This document shows positions 25,766 to 34,369 of a stretch of DNA of 42,538 nt, in pieces. The stretch comes from a virus (lineage: Duplodnaviria; Caudoviricetes): the IMG/VR virus record IMGVR_UViG_3300027533_000048, positions 1-42,538 of that record. One strand, written 5' to 3'. Position 1 is the first letter of the stretch; the number at the start of each line of letters is the position of its first letter. The notes beneath the pieces were generated by a model. It was not told the DNA's origin and ran no database searches. It saw only the letters and a list, made by a program, of their open reading frames with translations. The position numbers and the translations under genes were made by a program.

Positions 25766-28121
25766 AGTTCATCTCCTTCAATTCGCCCCACGATGGACCC
25801 ACCTCGACATCGACCAGGATCGGCACCACCAGCGGCATCGCCTTGATCATGCACGCGCGCAACATCTGCGCGTAGTACAGCGCATGCTCGCGCGGGACGC
25901 TGACATTGATCTCGTCGTACACCTGCGAGATGAACGTGCTGCCCCCGCCGGCCTCGCAGTAGTCCACGATCGCTTGCTTGGTCATGTCCGCAGCACCACC
26001 CTGGATCAGCTTGTTGGGCATCTTGTACTCGAAATTCCGCAGCCGGCCCTTCACCGTCACCGGCTCTTCCATCTGCAGGATGCGCCCGCCCAGCGACGTG
26101 ACACTCTTGCTGCCGGTGGACTTGATCTTGATCCGCTGGATCAGATTGGCGAGCCCCGGCAGTGCCGCGAAATAGGCACTCTTCACCTCCTCGGCTTCCG
26201 CATCGCTGATGCCCATCATGCGCGCGAGCTTCGGAATCCCGGCCCCGTAGATGCTGGCGAACGCGACATTCTTCACATGCTTGCGCGGGAACTTCTTGCC
26301 GACGTTGCGCGCAATCAGATCCTGCGCGAACGTGTGCAGATCCAGTGCCGGGTTGCGCTGGTACGCGCGCTGCATCTGGTCGCCTTCGTAGTGGGCCGTG
26401 ATCCGCAGTTCCTGCTGATTGTAGTCAGCGCTGACCCAGACATGACCCTCCTCGGGCAGCAACGCGCAGCGCAGGTTCGGCAGCGGCGGCAGACTGAACG
26501 GCGGCGGGAGATCATTCGGGTTGGGTACGTTGGCGAGGTTCGGGTCCGCCGACGCGATGCGCCCAGTGCGGGTGCCGTACTTGTCCTGTCCGCGCACCTG
26601 GTGCCAGTTGGTGTGCAGCCGGCCGTCCGCCGCAGAGAGCTCGAGCCACGGCAGCACGAACGTCCGCAGCATGGTCGCCGCTGCACCCCGGTAGGCGAGC
26701 TGCGCGACCAGCGTCTTGTCGACACAGCAACGCTCCAGCGCGCCCTTGGACATGCTGCGCGTCTTGGGGGCCTCAGTGGCGTCCTCGCCGTTCCCGAACG
26801 GGTTGACCGCCTCGGGCGGCGGCGGGGCCAGGCCGGCGACACAGGGGAACGGCACGCCGTCGGGAGTCTCCCAGTGGCTGACCAGACCCTCGCGCTCCAG
26901 CGCGTTCGCCAGATCCTCGGAACTGTCCAGGTTGAGGCTCATGTCGTTCAAGCCCGCGCGGATCATCTCGTCGCACTTCCGCAGCCCCAGTTCCAGCTGC
27001 GACAACCACTCGACCAGCAACCCACGGTCGACGCGAATCCCGCGCCGCTCGGCATCGGTCAGGTACGGCAGCAGCCGCTTCTCGCGCGCGTACGACGGAC
27101 CCTGCTGCGCCATGATGTGGCGATAGAAGCGCACGAACAGCGACCAGGTGCGTGTGGTGTCGCCAATCGCGTAGGGCGCGACCAACTCCACCGGGGCTAG
27201 CGAAATGTGGGCACCGAAATTCTTCTTTGTGGCACCGGGCACGTTGGCGAGAATCCAATCGCGCACGGCGTCCTGTTCCTCGGGCAGCACGCCCAGGAAG
27301 CGCTGCGCCAGTGGCTTGAGCGAGAATGAGTCCGCATTGGGCGCGAACAGGTAGGCGAGCAGCAGGGTGTCTTCCCAGCGCTTCGGGAACGGCAGTTTGA
27401 GCCACTTCCACGCCACCTCCATGTCGAACTTCGCATTGTGGAAGATCACGGTGCTTTCGTACGCCCGGCGCACCGCCCGGGTGGCTTCCTCGATCGTGCA
27501 GTTGTTGCCCGACGGGTGCCCCCACGCGAGGTACTCGCTGACGCCGTGCGGCCAGCGGATCGCGACACCGACGGGCTCGGGCGGATACTGGTGCGGGCGC
27601 GGGCCGATTGCCTTCGTTTCAAAGTCCACGACGGCATAGGTTTCGTCACTCACGGGTTTCCCTATCAATTTTGCGGGCGGCATATCCTCGGGCAGCATCT
27701 GAAATGCCCACAGTCCGCCCTTTGTAAAGCCGACGTGCGTGAAACCTGCACGCCGGTAGCATCGCCCTGGGTCGCGCTTTGGTCGCGTTTTCCCAGCGTC
27801 CACGAACGTAATCATTCCCAACGGCGGTACATCCGGCCAAATCCCCCGCGTTATGGCAATCGCCTCGCGTATCAAATCCGACGACAGGCCCGCACCCTCG
27901 TTGCGAAACAGGCTGTTCACCCACGCCCCGCCCCACGCATGTTTTACATACTGCGCGTAAGGCCACGACGTGATCCACAGTGCATTCCCACAGTCGGACA
28001 GCAGAACGACGCACCGACCTGGCGGCACGAACTGCGGCGACCCGATCTTCTGCCGGTTGTAATGCCGATCGGCAAGCGGTAGCGCCGCCTTGTCCGCACG
28101 ATGCGATAACTGCCACGGCAT
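25746..28121 (-). CDS. polA: Family A DNA polymerase (3'-5' exo + pol) with in-frame N-terminal Mom/GNAT-like domain; polymerase core from GTG 27653
   Basis: ExoI DFET, ExoII HNAKFD, ExoIII YAIGD; TGRIAS..PNL.N, motif A DYNQQELR, motif B KNVAFASIYG, motif C VYDE. Confidence 0.92.
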   Translation of the reverse strand: MPWQLSHRADKAALPLADRHYNRQKIGSPQFVPPGRCVVLLSDCGNALWITSWPYAQYVKHAWGGAWVNSLFRNEGAGLSSDLIREAIAITRGIWPDVPPLGMITFVDAGKTRPKRDPGRCYRRAGFTHVGFTKGGLWAFQMLPEDMPPAKLIGKPVSDETYAVVDFETKAIGPRPHQYPPEPVGVAIRWPHGVSEYLAWGHPSGNNCTIEEATRAVRRAYESTVIFHNAKFDMEVAWKWLKLPFPKRWEDTLLLAYLFAPNADSFSLKPLAQRFLGVLPEEQDAVRDWILANVPGATKKNFGAHISLAPVELVAPYAIGDTTRTWSLFVRFYRHIMAQQGPSYAREKRLLPYLTDAERRGIRVDRGLLVEWLSQLELGLRKCDEMIRAGLNDMSLNLDSSEDLANALEREGLVSHWETPDGVPFPCVAGLAPPPPEAVNPFGNGEDATEAPKTRSMSKGALERCCVDKTLVAQLAYRGAAATMLRTFVLPWLELSAADGRLHTNWHQVRGQDKYGTRTGRIASADPNLANVPNPNDLPPPFSLPPLPNLRCALLPEEGHVWVSADYNQQELRITAHYEGDQMQRAYQRNPALDLHTFAQDLIARNVGKKFPRKHVKNVAFASIYGAGIPKLARMMGISDAEAEEVKSAYFAALPGLANLIQRIKIKSTGSKSVTSLGGRILQMEEPVTVKGRLRNFEYKMPNKLIQGGAADMTKQAIVDYCEAGGGSTFISQVYDEINVSVPREHALYYAQMLRACMIKAMPLVVPILVDVEVGPSWGELKEMNCDTVQA

Positions 28122-28200
28122 ATATCCTCGTCTAGATTAAGGGCCGCTCCCCGCAATGACGGCGCAACGCCGCAAGGAGGGAGCGGGTACTGCTCGAAAC

Positions 28201-28620
28201 TTACGCCGGCGGCGCGCCGAACGGGGAGTTGCCAGGCGCCAGCGACGGGTGCGGCGGCGGGGCCAGCGGCTCGGGCGGTGCCGGTTGTTGCGTGAACGTC
28301 GGCATGACGCCCGGTACGGGGGTTTGACCGACGCCCTCGGTTTCCGGCTTCGGAATCGCCGGGCCAGGCGTCGGCGCGGCCTTCGGTTGCTGCGGCTTGC
28401 TGTAGCGTGCCGCTGCGGCCCGTTTTGCGGCCTCAGAGCGCTTCGCGGCGCCGCCCAGGTCATCGATGCCCAGCATGATGCGATCGGCCGCCATGATGGC
28501 GAACTTGGTCTTGTCGCGCACCGACAGTCCGGTGAGCGTGGACGCGACCTCGGTCATCGCGGAGAACACCACGTCATCGATGTCCATGCGGCTTGCTGCG
28601 ATTACGGTATCTTCTGCCAT
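28201..28620 (-). CDS. Hypothetical protein with Pro-rich C-terminal tail
   Basis: AGAGG SD; helical N-terminus and disordered tail. Confidence 0.65.
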   Translation of the reverse strand: MAEDTVIAASRMDIDDVVFSAMTEVASTLTGLSVRDKTKFAIMAADRIMLGIDDLGGAAKRSEAAKRAAAARYSKPQQPKAAPTPGPAIPKPETEGVGQTPVPGVMPTFTQQPAPPEPLAPPPHPSLAPGNSPFGAPPA

Positions 28621-28648
28621 TTCTGAATTCCTCTATTGTGGGATTACG

Positions 28649-29458
28649 TTAGAACGTCGCCGCGCCGGCCGGGGCCGGTGGGTGGAACGTGGCGGTTGCT
28701 TCCTCGACCGGGCGCACCGGGTACGGCACCAGCATCTCGGCCTCATCGATTGCGTTGCGGACGCTGATCGACTCCAGCACGCCCCGGTCAGTGATGTCCG
28801 ATACATACGAGAACACGAACTTGTGCTGCGCCTTTACGTCGGGCACCAGCTTCATTTTCGTGATCACCGTCAGCGGACTGCGATGCACCTTGGCGAGCTC
28901 GCCAACGTACTGCTGCCATTCCTTGACCGAATAGACGGCCAGACGGATGAATCCGGCCGGCGCTTTCAGTGTCGCCTCGCCACTGGTCAGCACGCCCGCA
29001 GGGATCACCGACAGTCGCCGCATGTTGCGGCACGCCTTGCCCTTCTTGGTGCCCGTTGTCGCCGTGCCGAACTTCGACCACGGGCACATGTCGCACGATG
29101 CCGCTTGCTTAACTGGCGAGTTTTCGTGCGGGACCATGATCGGGATCGGCCGCTCGGGCGTGCCCTTGCCCAGGGCATAGCAATCCGGCGTTTCGATCTT
29201 GTCCGCGTCATAGGGGCGCGGATAGTAGCTGTTGTCGAACACGTTCGCCGTGATACAGACTTCCATCTCGTTGTTGTTGAGTGGAATCTTGTTGAACGTC
29301 AGAACGCCGGCCCTGGTGCCGAAGAATTGCCCAGGCGCCCGCGCAGCTTCGACGGTCACCTTGGTAATCGCGAGCAGATTCTTTTCCCAATCCGGCATCG
29401 TGCTGGGATCCGACACTGCGCCGCCATTGGCGGGAACTACGAGGTCTTTCTTTGCCAT
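28649..29458 (-). CDS. Putative ssDNA-binding/annealing protein (Zn-binding)
   Basis: ATG 29458. PDCY, CDMCPWSKFG...GKACRNMRRL; C-terminal Phe tail; lies upstream of the polymerase. Confidence 0.6.
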   Translation of the reverse strand: MAKKDLVVPANGGAVSDPSTMPDWEKNLLAITKVTVEAARAPGQFFGTRAGVLTFNKIPLNNNEMEVCITANVFDNSYYPRPYDADKIETPDCYALGKGTPERPIPIMVPHENSPVKQAASCDMCPWSKFGTATTGTKKGKACRNMRRLSVIPAGVLTSGEATLKAPAGFIRLAVYSVKEWQQYVGELAKVHRSPLTVITKMKLVPDVKAQHKFVFSYVSDITDRGVLESISVRNAIDEAEMLVPYPVRPVEEATATFHPPAPAGAATF

Positions 29459-29460
29459 GA

Positions 29461-29925
29461 TTAAGTAGTCTCCTGTTGTGCAGCAAGTTGGGCACTCGTC
29501 AGCGGTGCCACGATGAACGCTCGCAGCAAGCCGGCGGAACTGCCCCCATTCTTTGCAACTATCGCCGCGGCATCTGCGTCGGCATCCTGCTCGAGCCGGC
29601 GCGCTAGTTGTGTCGCTTGCCAGGCCAGATTGCGTACCGCGACCATGCGTGCGAGCTTGTGGCGTGACCACTGCTCGTTTAGTAGCGTGATCGCATCTTT
29701 CAGCGCCGCGGCGCCGTGCGCCTCGTCGGGCACCTCCGCAACCCACAGTTCGCTGGGCACGCTGTTGGGATCGATGCCCAGATACCAGAGCGCTTTCTCG
29801 TAGTGGATCTTGGATGTCGGATGCGTGAGCAAAAAGTCCGCCAGTTGCATCATCTCCGTTTGTCGCACATTGCCGACAGCGGCATCCGCAACCGCGAGCC
29901 CGAGCTGCAAATTTTTTAGTTTCAT
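29461..29925 (-). CDS. Hypothetical protein
   Basis: ATG 29925 overlaps the upstream stop (ATGA). Confidence 0.6.
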   Translation of the reverse strand: MKLKNLQLGLAVADAAVGNVRQTEMMQLADFLLTHPTSKIHYEKALWYLGIDPNSVPSELWVAEVPDEAHGAAALKDAITLLNEQWSRHKLARMVAVRNLAWQATQLARRLEQDADADAAAIVAKNGGSSAGLLRAFIVAPLTSAQLAAQQETT

Positions 29926-30326
29926 CCGCCCACCGTAAGCTTGAGTGTCGGCAGCACCACCCGCTTCACGCCGGGGGGCAACGCGTTGTTGGAGTCGCGA
30001 TCGGCCACTGCTTTTTGTCCGACGCGTTTGTAGAGCAGATCGAATTCGCCGGTGCGTTGCACATGCGCGTAGAACGGCGTCCAATCCTCGACGTTGTAAA
30101 CCACCTTGTCGACAATGTCCGCGCTGCCCAGCGTCGACTTCACGCCGCGCATGTTGTGCGTGAGCAGCAACGCTTCGAGCGCGTTTGTTGCTTCCTTGAG
30201 CGCGTCCTCGTCGCGCTTCAGTGCCTCGGCGCTGTGCTTTGCCGTTGCCTGGGCGAACAGGGCGCGATTGAGCGCGGCCGTTATTTCAAATTGGCCGGCG
30301 ACTGCGGATGGTTCATTCATTGCCAT
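29922..30326 (-). CDS. Conserved phage replication-module protein
   Basis: AGGAG SD. Coiled coil, then VEDWTPFY...FDLLYKRV...LPPGV. Confidence 0.7.
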   Translation of the reverse strand: MAMNEPSAVAGQFEITAALNRALFAQATAKHSAEALKRDEDALKEATNALEALLLTHNMRGVKSTLGSADIVDKVVYNVEDWTPFYAHVQRTGEFDLLYKRVGQKAVADRDSNNALPPGVKRVVLPTLKLTVGG

Positions 30327-30456
30327 GCTCCTGATTAAGCCTCCCGCTCTCGTCAGTGGCGGGAAAACGAACTGTGGCAGATTTTCTGCCGAAGATCAAC
30401 AGCGCAATCCAGACAATCCAGGCGGCGAGGCCTGCATACAACAGCCACTCGTTCAA
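30313..30456 (-). CDS. Small membrane protein
   Basis: TTG 30456 overlaps the upstream TGA and has a GGGGAG SD; hydrophobic WLLYAGLAAWIVWIALLIFG. Confidence 0.5.
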   Translation of the reverse strand: MNEWLLYAGLAAWIVWIALLIFGRKSATVRFPATDESGRLNQEHGNE

Positions 30457-30650
30457 AATCTCCCCTTTGTAACGTACATTCCGATAGCCCAGTAGACACC
30501 TTTGTCCACTGCCCAGGTGACCCCGCGCACCAGGCGGATCCATGCCCACTCAATCGGGGGCAGGATGTAGGTCAGGAACACGATCGTGAATACCATCAAC
30601 GAACCCAGTGCCCAGCAAGCAATAACCAGGCCCCACACCAGGAGTTCCAT
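30453..30650 (-). CDS. Small membrane protein
   Basis: Long N-terminal hydrophobic stretch; TAATG coupling. Confidence 0.6.
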   Translation of the reverse strand: MELLVWGLVIACWALGSLMVFTIVFLTYILPPIEWAWIRLVRGVTWAVDKGVYWAIGMYVTKGRF

Positions 30651-30904
30651 TATCGAATCCTCCCTTGTGACACGGGCACAACGTGCCCCAGTTCCCGCGC
30701 ACAGGTGCGTGCCAAGCTCGCCAATTGCGCCGCATTCAGCGGCTTGTGTGTGCGCCTTTGTAGGAGCATTTCCACATCGCGCAGGTGGCGCCTGTCGGTG
30801 AGCCCCGTGGCGCGCTGGATGGCCTCGAGGATCGTGCGTGCGGGGGCCAGCGCCGCATCGCGGATCCTATCGTTGTCCTCGGAATCCTGCATCCAATCGC
30901 TCAT
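30650..30904 (-). CDS. Hypothetical protein
   Basis: ATG 30904 overlaps the upstream stop; GGAG SD. Confidence 0.55.
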   Translation of the reverse strand: MSDWMQDSEDNDRIRDAALAPARTILEAIQRATGLTDRRHLRDVEMLLQRRTHKPLNAAQLASLARTCARELGHVVPVSQGRIR

Positions 30905-31182
30905 TTGTAGCTCCAAGTCCTGGACTTCAATTTGCCCACCGGCGCGAACAGGTCACGCCCATCGTAGACCTCGATGCTCCCCTGGCGGAATGACCCGACG
31001 GGGTGCGCGTAGCATTTCGCGCACATGCCGACAGTCCCGCCACTGTCCTTTGTAAGCACGACGGTGGCGGGCGCGTCCAACAAGTCACCGCAACGCGGGC
31101 ATGTGATGTTGTGCCCAGCGAAATAGCGCACAAGTTCGCGCGCCACCCTGCGACGCATAGGCGTCATAAATTCATTGTCCAT
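30901..31182 (-). CDS. Small zinc-finger protein
   Basis: CPRC...CAKC; GAGGG SD. Confidence 0.65.
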   Translation of the reverse strand: MDNEFMTPMRRRVARELVRYFAGHNITCPRCGDLLDAPATVVLTKDSGGTVGMCAKCYAHPVGSFRQGSIEVYDGRDLFAPVGKLKSRTWSYK

Positions 31183-31234
31183 TGGAATTCCCTCTTTGTA
31201 GGATGTTGCGTATTAATTAACGGCGCGCGTTGCG

Positions 31235-31540
31235 CTATGTCCACATGCGCGCCATGATCACCTTTTCGTAGCACGGGTCCGGCATGTAGCGCATGAGAAT
31301 CGCGGAGAATGCACTGTCCGCGAAATACCCGTCAAAGCTCCGCAACGGTTCCGCTGCGCTGTGGGCAACGTACATGAATTCAGCCAGGTCGTAGACTTCC
31401 CCGCGATAGCGTACGAATGATGCCGCGCATTGCTTGTCGAGCGTGTCCAGGTAGCTGAACTCCCATTTCTCGCGCGCAGTGAGCTGATCCCATGCGAGCG
31501 TGCCGCGCGGGACGTTATTGCACTTGATTGTCATTGCCAT
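31235..31540 (-). CDS. Hypothetical early protein
   Basis: AAGGG SD; FVRYRGEVYDLAEF...DGYFADS motif. Confidence 0.65.
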   Translation of the reverse strand: MAMTIKCNNVPRGTLAWDQLTAREKWEFSYLDTLDKQCAASFVRYRGEVYDLAEFMYVAHSAAEPLRSFDGYFADSAFSAILMRYMPDPCYEKVIMARMWT

Positions 31541-31560
31541 GTTTGTTCCCTTGTAGAGTG

Positions 31561-32025
31561 TCAGTTGAAATAGCGCCGCGCAATGCGCGCGCCGAAAACG
31601 CGGCGGAAATGCGCGCGCAGGTAATCGCCCAGGTTTCGCAGGTTGCTGTGCGGCTCATGGAATCCGGCATCTACTGGCGCATTCTCGCGCGCGGCAGTCC
31701 ACAGCGCGGACGCCAGCACAGCGCATGCCGCGCGGCGGTACTCCGTGGGGAAATATTGCCCGGTGCAATAGTCCAGCGCCTGGGGGCCATTCGGGCCCTG
31801 CACGATAGTCAGGCGGGAACCGCGGAACGCGTCCCACAGTGCCGCATCCGTAATGCTCGATTGTTCAACCTGGCGCAGCATCATTTCCGCGTCATGCCTG
31901 TCTTGCGTAATGCCGCGCGATTCGCTGCGATAGGATGCAGCATCCCCGTAATTGCGGGGGTCCATACCGGGACGCTGTGCGATATGCGCGCGCAACAGCG
32001 CGAGGATTTTGTCTCGATTAGTCAT
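31561..32025 (-). CDS. Hypothetical early protein
   Basis: AGGAG SD; QRPGMDPRNYGD and YCTGQYFPTEYR motifs. Confidence 0.7.
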   Translation of the reverse strand: MTNRDKILALLRAHIAQRPGMDPRNYGDAASYRSESRGITQDRHDAEMMLRQVEQSSITDAALWDAFRGSRLTIVQGPNGPQALDYCTGQYFPTEYRRAACAVLASALWTAARENAPVDAGFHEPHSNLRNLGDYLRAHFRRVFGARIARRYFN

Positions 32026-32061
32026 GGTTCAATACTCCTAGTTAAGTTAGTGTTTCGCGTG

Positions 32062-32262
32062 CTAGCTGATGCGCGCGGCAAATATCCCCAGCGCGCTGGA
32101 TTGTCGGACGCGTACCGTGTAGGTATGCGGTGCGATGCGTTTGAATTCGTACCTGTCGCGATGCCGGCGAAATGCCCGGAATGCGTTTGCCATAGCTGCG
32201 CGCGATTCCGCGGTAGCAAATTGCGGTTCATCTACGAAATGGAATTGAAACTGGCGCTTCAT
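32062..32262 (-). CDS. Hypothetical early protein
   Basis: ATG 32262, 2 nt after the upstream stop; 66 aa. Confidence 0.55.
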   Translation of the reverse strand: MKRQFQFHFVDEPQFATAESRAAMANAFRAFRRHRDRYEFKRIAPHTYTVRVRQSSALGIFAARIS

Positions 32263-32264
32263 GG

Positions 32265-32969
32265 TTAGCTGCCTTTCCTGGTGTGGTGAAACTTGATAAC
32301 CGCCGCTTGGGCTTTCTTGGCTTGCGTGCCATGCGCGGGAAACCCGATGATCGGCCGGGCGCTGGTCGCGCCCCGCTGGCACATTTGGCACGACAGACAG
32401 GTGACATCGTCACGGATAGTCGCCGGACATATGACCACAGCCCGCCCCGCAGGCGTCACCGTATTGGTGACCTGGTCAATCGGCACGACAACCGCGACGG
32501 GCGCGATATTCAGATCAGCTAGCTGATCGGCATGCGCCAGGTTATTGGCGGACAGGTTGATGGTAAAGCCTGCCTTGTTGGCCGCGGCGACAGCGGCGCG
32601 ATTTGCCTGGGATGTCATGGGCTTGTGCGTGTAGGTAAAGCCACGGCGTCCGGTGTTAGCCTTGACCAATTGCGCGAGCTGCGCGGCATCGATTGCATCG
32701 CCTGCGCCAGGCAGATCGCCTGCCTGATTGTGCCGCCACAGCGTGCCGACCGGAAACTTGGCAATGGACGCGCACAGTGTCGCGAGATCCGTGCCACGCG
32801 AACCGTCGGACACTTTGAGCCAATGCAGTTTCAAGGGGCCGCTGTCGGCATAACAGCCGTTATTGATAAACGCGCACGACGGCGGACAGGTGGATGCTGC
32901 CGATGTGGTGACCGGAATTGGCCCCGTCTTGGCGTTGCTAGACTTAGGCGTCAAATGGTAATTGGTCAT
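32265..32969 (-). CDS. Cys-rich gp88/DUF7227-like protein (possible Fe-S, radical-SAM-related)
   Basis: SNAKTG, TCPPSC...GCYA, RHNQAGD, FTYTH, CPA...TCLSCQMC and GFPAHG motifs. Confidence 0.65.
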   Translation of the reverse strand: MTNYHLTPKSSNAKTGPIPVTTSAASTCPPSCAFINNGCYADSGPLKLHWLKVSDGSRGTDLATLCASIAKFPVGTLWRHNQAGDLPGAGDAIDAAQLAQLVKANTGRRGFTYTHKPMTSQANRAAVAAANKAGFTINLSANNLAHADQLADLNIAPVAVVVPIDQVTNTVTPAGRAVVICPATIRDDVTCLSCQMCQRGATSARPIIGFPAHGTQAKKAQAAVIKFHHTRKGS

Positions 32970-33055
32970 GGTTCCAGACTCCGATTAAGTTAGTGCTGGT
33001 GACAACAGGTAAGAGCATACCGCGGCGCGCGCGGCATGGTATTACCGCCTGTCGG

Positions 33056-33517
33056 TTAGTCTTTCACTCCCAGCGCGGCGCGGGCGATGTCGCCAAGCAT
33101 TGCCGCAACGTCCAATTTCGCTCTGTCCGCTGTGCGTGATAGGCGCTCGACTTGGCGCAACGCTGCTTCCAGTTCCGCGCGGCGGTTCACTTCCGCCAGG
33201 TGTGCGGCGGCGAGGATGGCGATTGCCTTTTCCTTGTCGACGCGTACGCGCTCCAATTCCGCAATGCGCGCGCGCATGGTTGCGAGTGTGGCGCTGGCTG
33301 GTGCGGGCGGTGCGGGCGTAGTCTTCCGGGTGACAGTCACCGCGCCGTCGCTGATATGCGCGATAAAATCCTCAGTATCACCCTCCAGCCCGTCAGGGAA
33401 CACGTCGGCGATGGCGAGCCCGCGGCGCGCCAAGTGCGTTTGCATGAAAGCGTACGCGCGCGCCGCGCTGACGGGGATGCCGTTAACGAAATAACTTGCT
33501 GTCTCGTTCTGGAACAT
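33056..33517 (-). CDS. Hypothetical protein with C-terminal coiled coil
   Basis: GGAG SD before ATG 33517. Confidence 0.6.
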   Translation of the reverse strand: MFQNETASYFVNGIPVSAARAYAFMQTHLARRGLAIADVFPDGLEGDTEDFIAHISDGAVTVTRKTTPAPPAPASATLATMRARIAELERVRVDKEKAIAILAAAHLAEVNRRAELEAALRQVERLSRTADRAKLDVAAMLGDIARAALGVKD

Positions 33518-33521
33518 AGTC

Positions 33522-33602
33522 TTAAACTCCAATGATGCGCGCAATGGCGCGCGCGATGATCAACGCGGGAGGGATGCAGGCGGCGAGGATAAGCGCGCTC
33601 AT
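33522..33602 (-). CDS. 26-aa hydrophobic peptide
   Basis: Read manually: MSALILAACIPPALIIARAIARIIGV*; GAGGG SD. Confidence 0.4.
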   Translation of the reverse strand: MSALILAACIPPALIIARAIARIIGV

Positions 33603-33701
33603 GGTTCAGTCCCTCGGCGGTACGATAAAGAAAAGCGCGCCGGCTTCCTTATTACGTTTGATCTGCGCGCCGGACATGTGCCCGGCGCGCGCTGGGGTTG
33701 A

Positions 33702-33935
33702 TCAGGCGAGGGACAAGTCTTCCGGGCTGCCCGGCGCGTACAGCGCACCGAGCGTCGGCACGGGCCCGGTGGACAGCACGCGCCAATCTACTGCGCGCAT
33801 CTTGACGCCGTGCCTGTCGGCATAAGCCAGCACAGCCAGCGCGATATCCTGTCCGTCGCCGCGGTCCACTGTGGTAACTATGGTGGGAGACTTGCACTTG
33901 CACTGCATCTGAATCGTGACTTCCTGGTAGCTCAT
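33702..33935 (-). CDS. First early gene, hypothetical
   Basis: AGGAG SD preceded by the CTTAATC motif. Confidence 0.6.
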   Translation of the reverse strand: MSYQEVTIQMQCKCKSPTIVTTVDRGDGQDIALAVLAYADRHGVKMRAVDWRVLSTGPVPTLGALYAPGSPEDLSLA

Positions 33936-34064
33936 GTCTACTCCTGATTAAGAGGGTTTTGATTCGGTACCGCACTGCTACTAATGCAAGTGTAATGCCT
34001 ATACGGGTGGCTGTGCGTGCTGGCCGACGGACGGTATGTTTTGGGGTATGAACGGCGGCGGATA

Positions 34065-34369
34065 GGATCGGCAAAGCTTGGGATCGATCCGAATGGCATC
34101 CGATCCTAAAATGGGGTTATCCGATCCGGGACTATGCACCCCCCTAAATCTGTTGTGCGAGTTATAGTCGCGGCGGGCTAGGATCGGATGTGCCGTACCA
34201 GGTCATAGTCCGATCCGCATCCGATCCGCCTTTATAATCAAGTACGATCGGCAGGATCGGATAAATATATTAATTTAGAACAAACAAACAATGATGGATT
34301 AAATATATATACCCTATACGCGTTTATATGTATAGGTAGGAGCGTTTATCTGATCCATCCGATCCTGCC
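34065..34369. repeat. Cluster of (AT)CCGATCC repeats in both orientations around an AT-rich core; putative replication origin
   Basis: About ten exact or near-exact copies. A 13-bp inverted repeat GGCAGGATCGGAT (34250-34262) / ATCCGATCCTGCC (34357-34369) flanks the AT-rich segment. Confidence 0.75.

Noticed and set aside
25557-27200. 547-aa + strand ORF, and similar long antisense ORFs such as 36918-38519, 11419-12630 and 261-1280
   Set aside because: Antisense shadows of real genes, expected at high GC; Arg/His-rich with no motifs.
34065-34369. Possible CRISPR array
   Set aside because: Repeats are only 7-13 bp, in both orientations, with irregular spacing.
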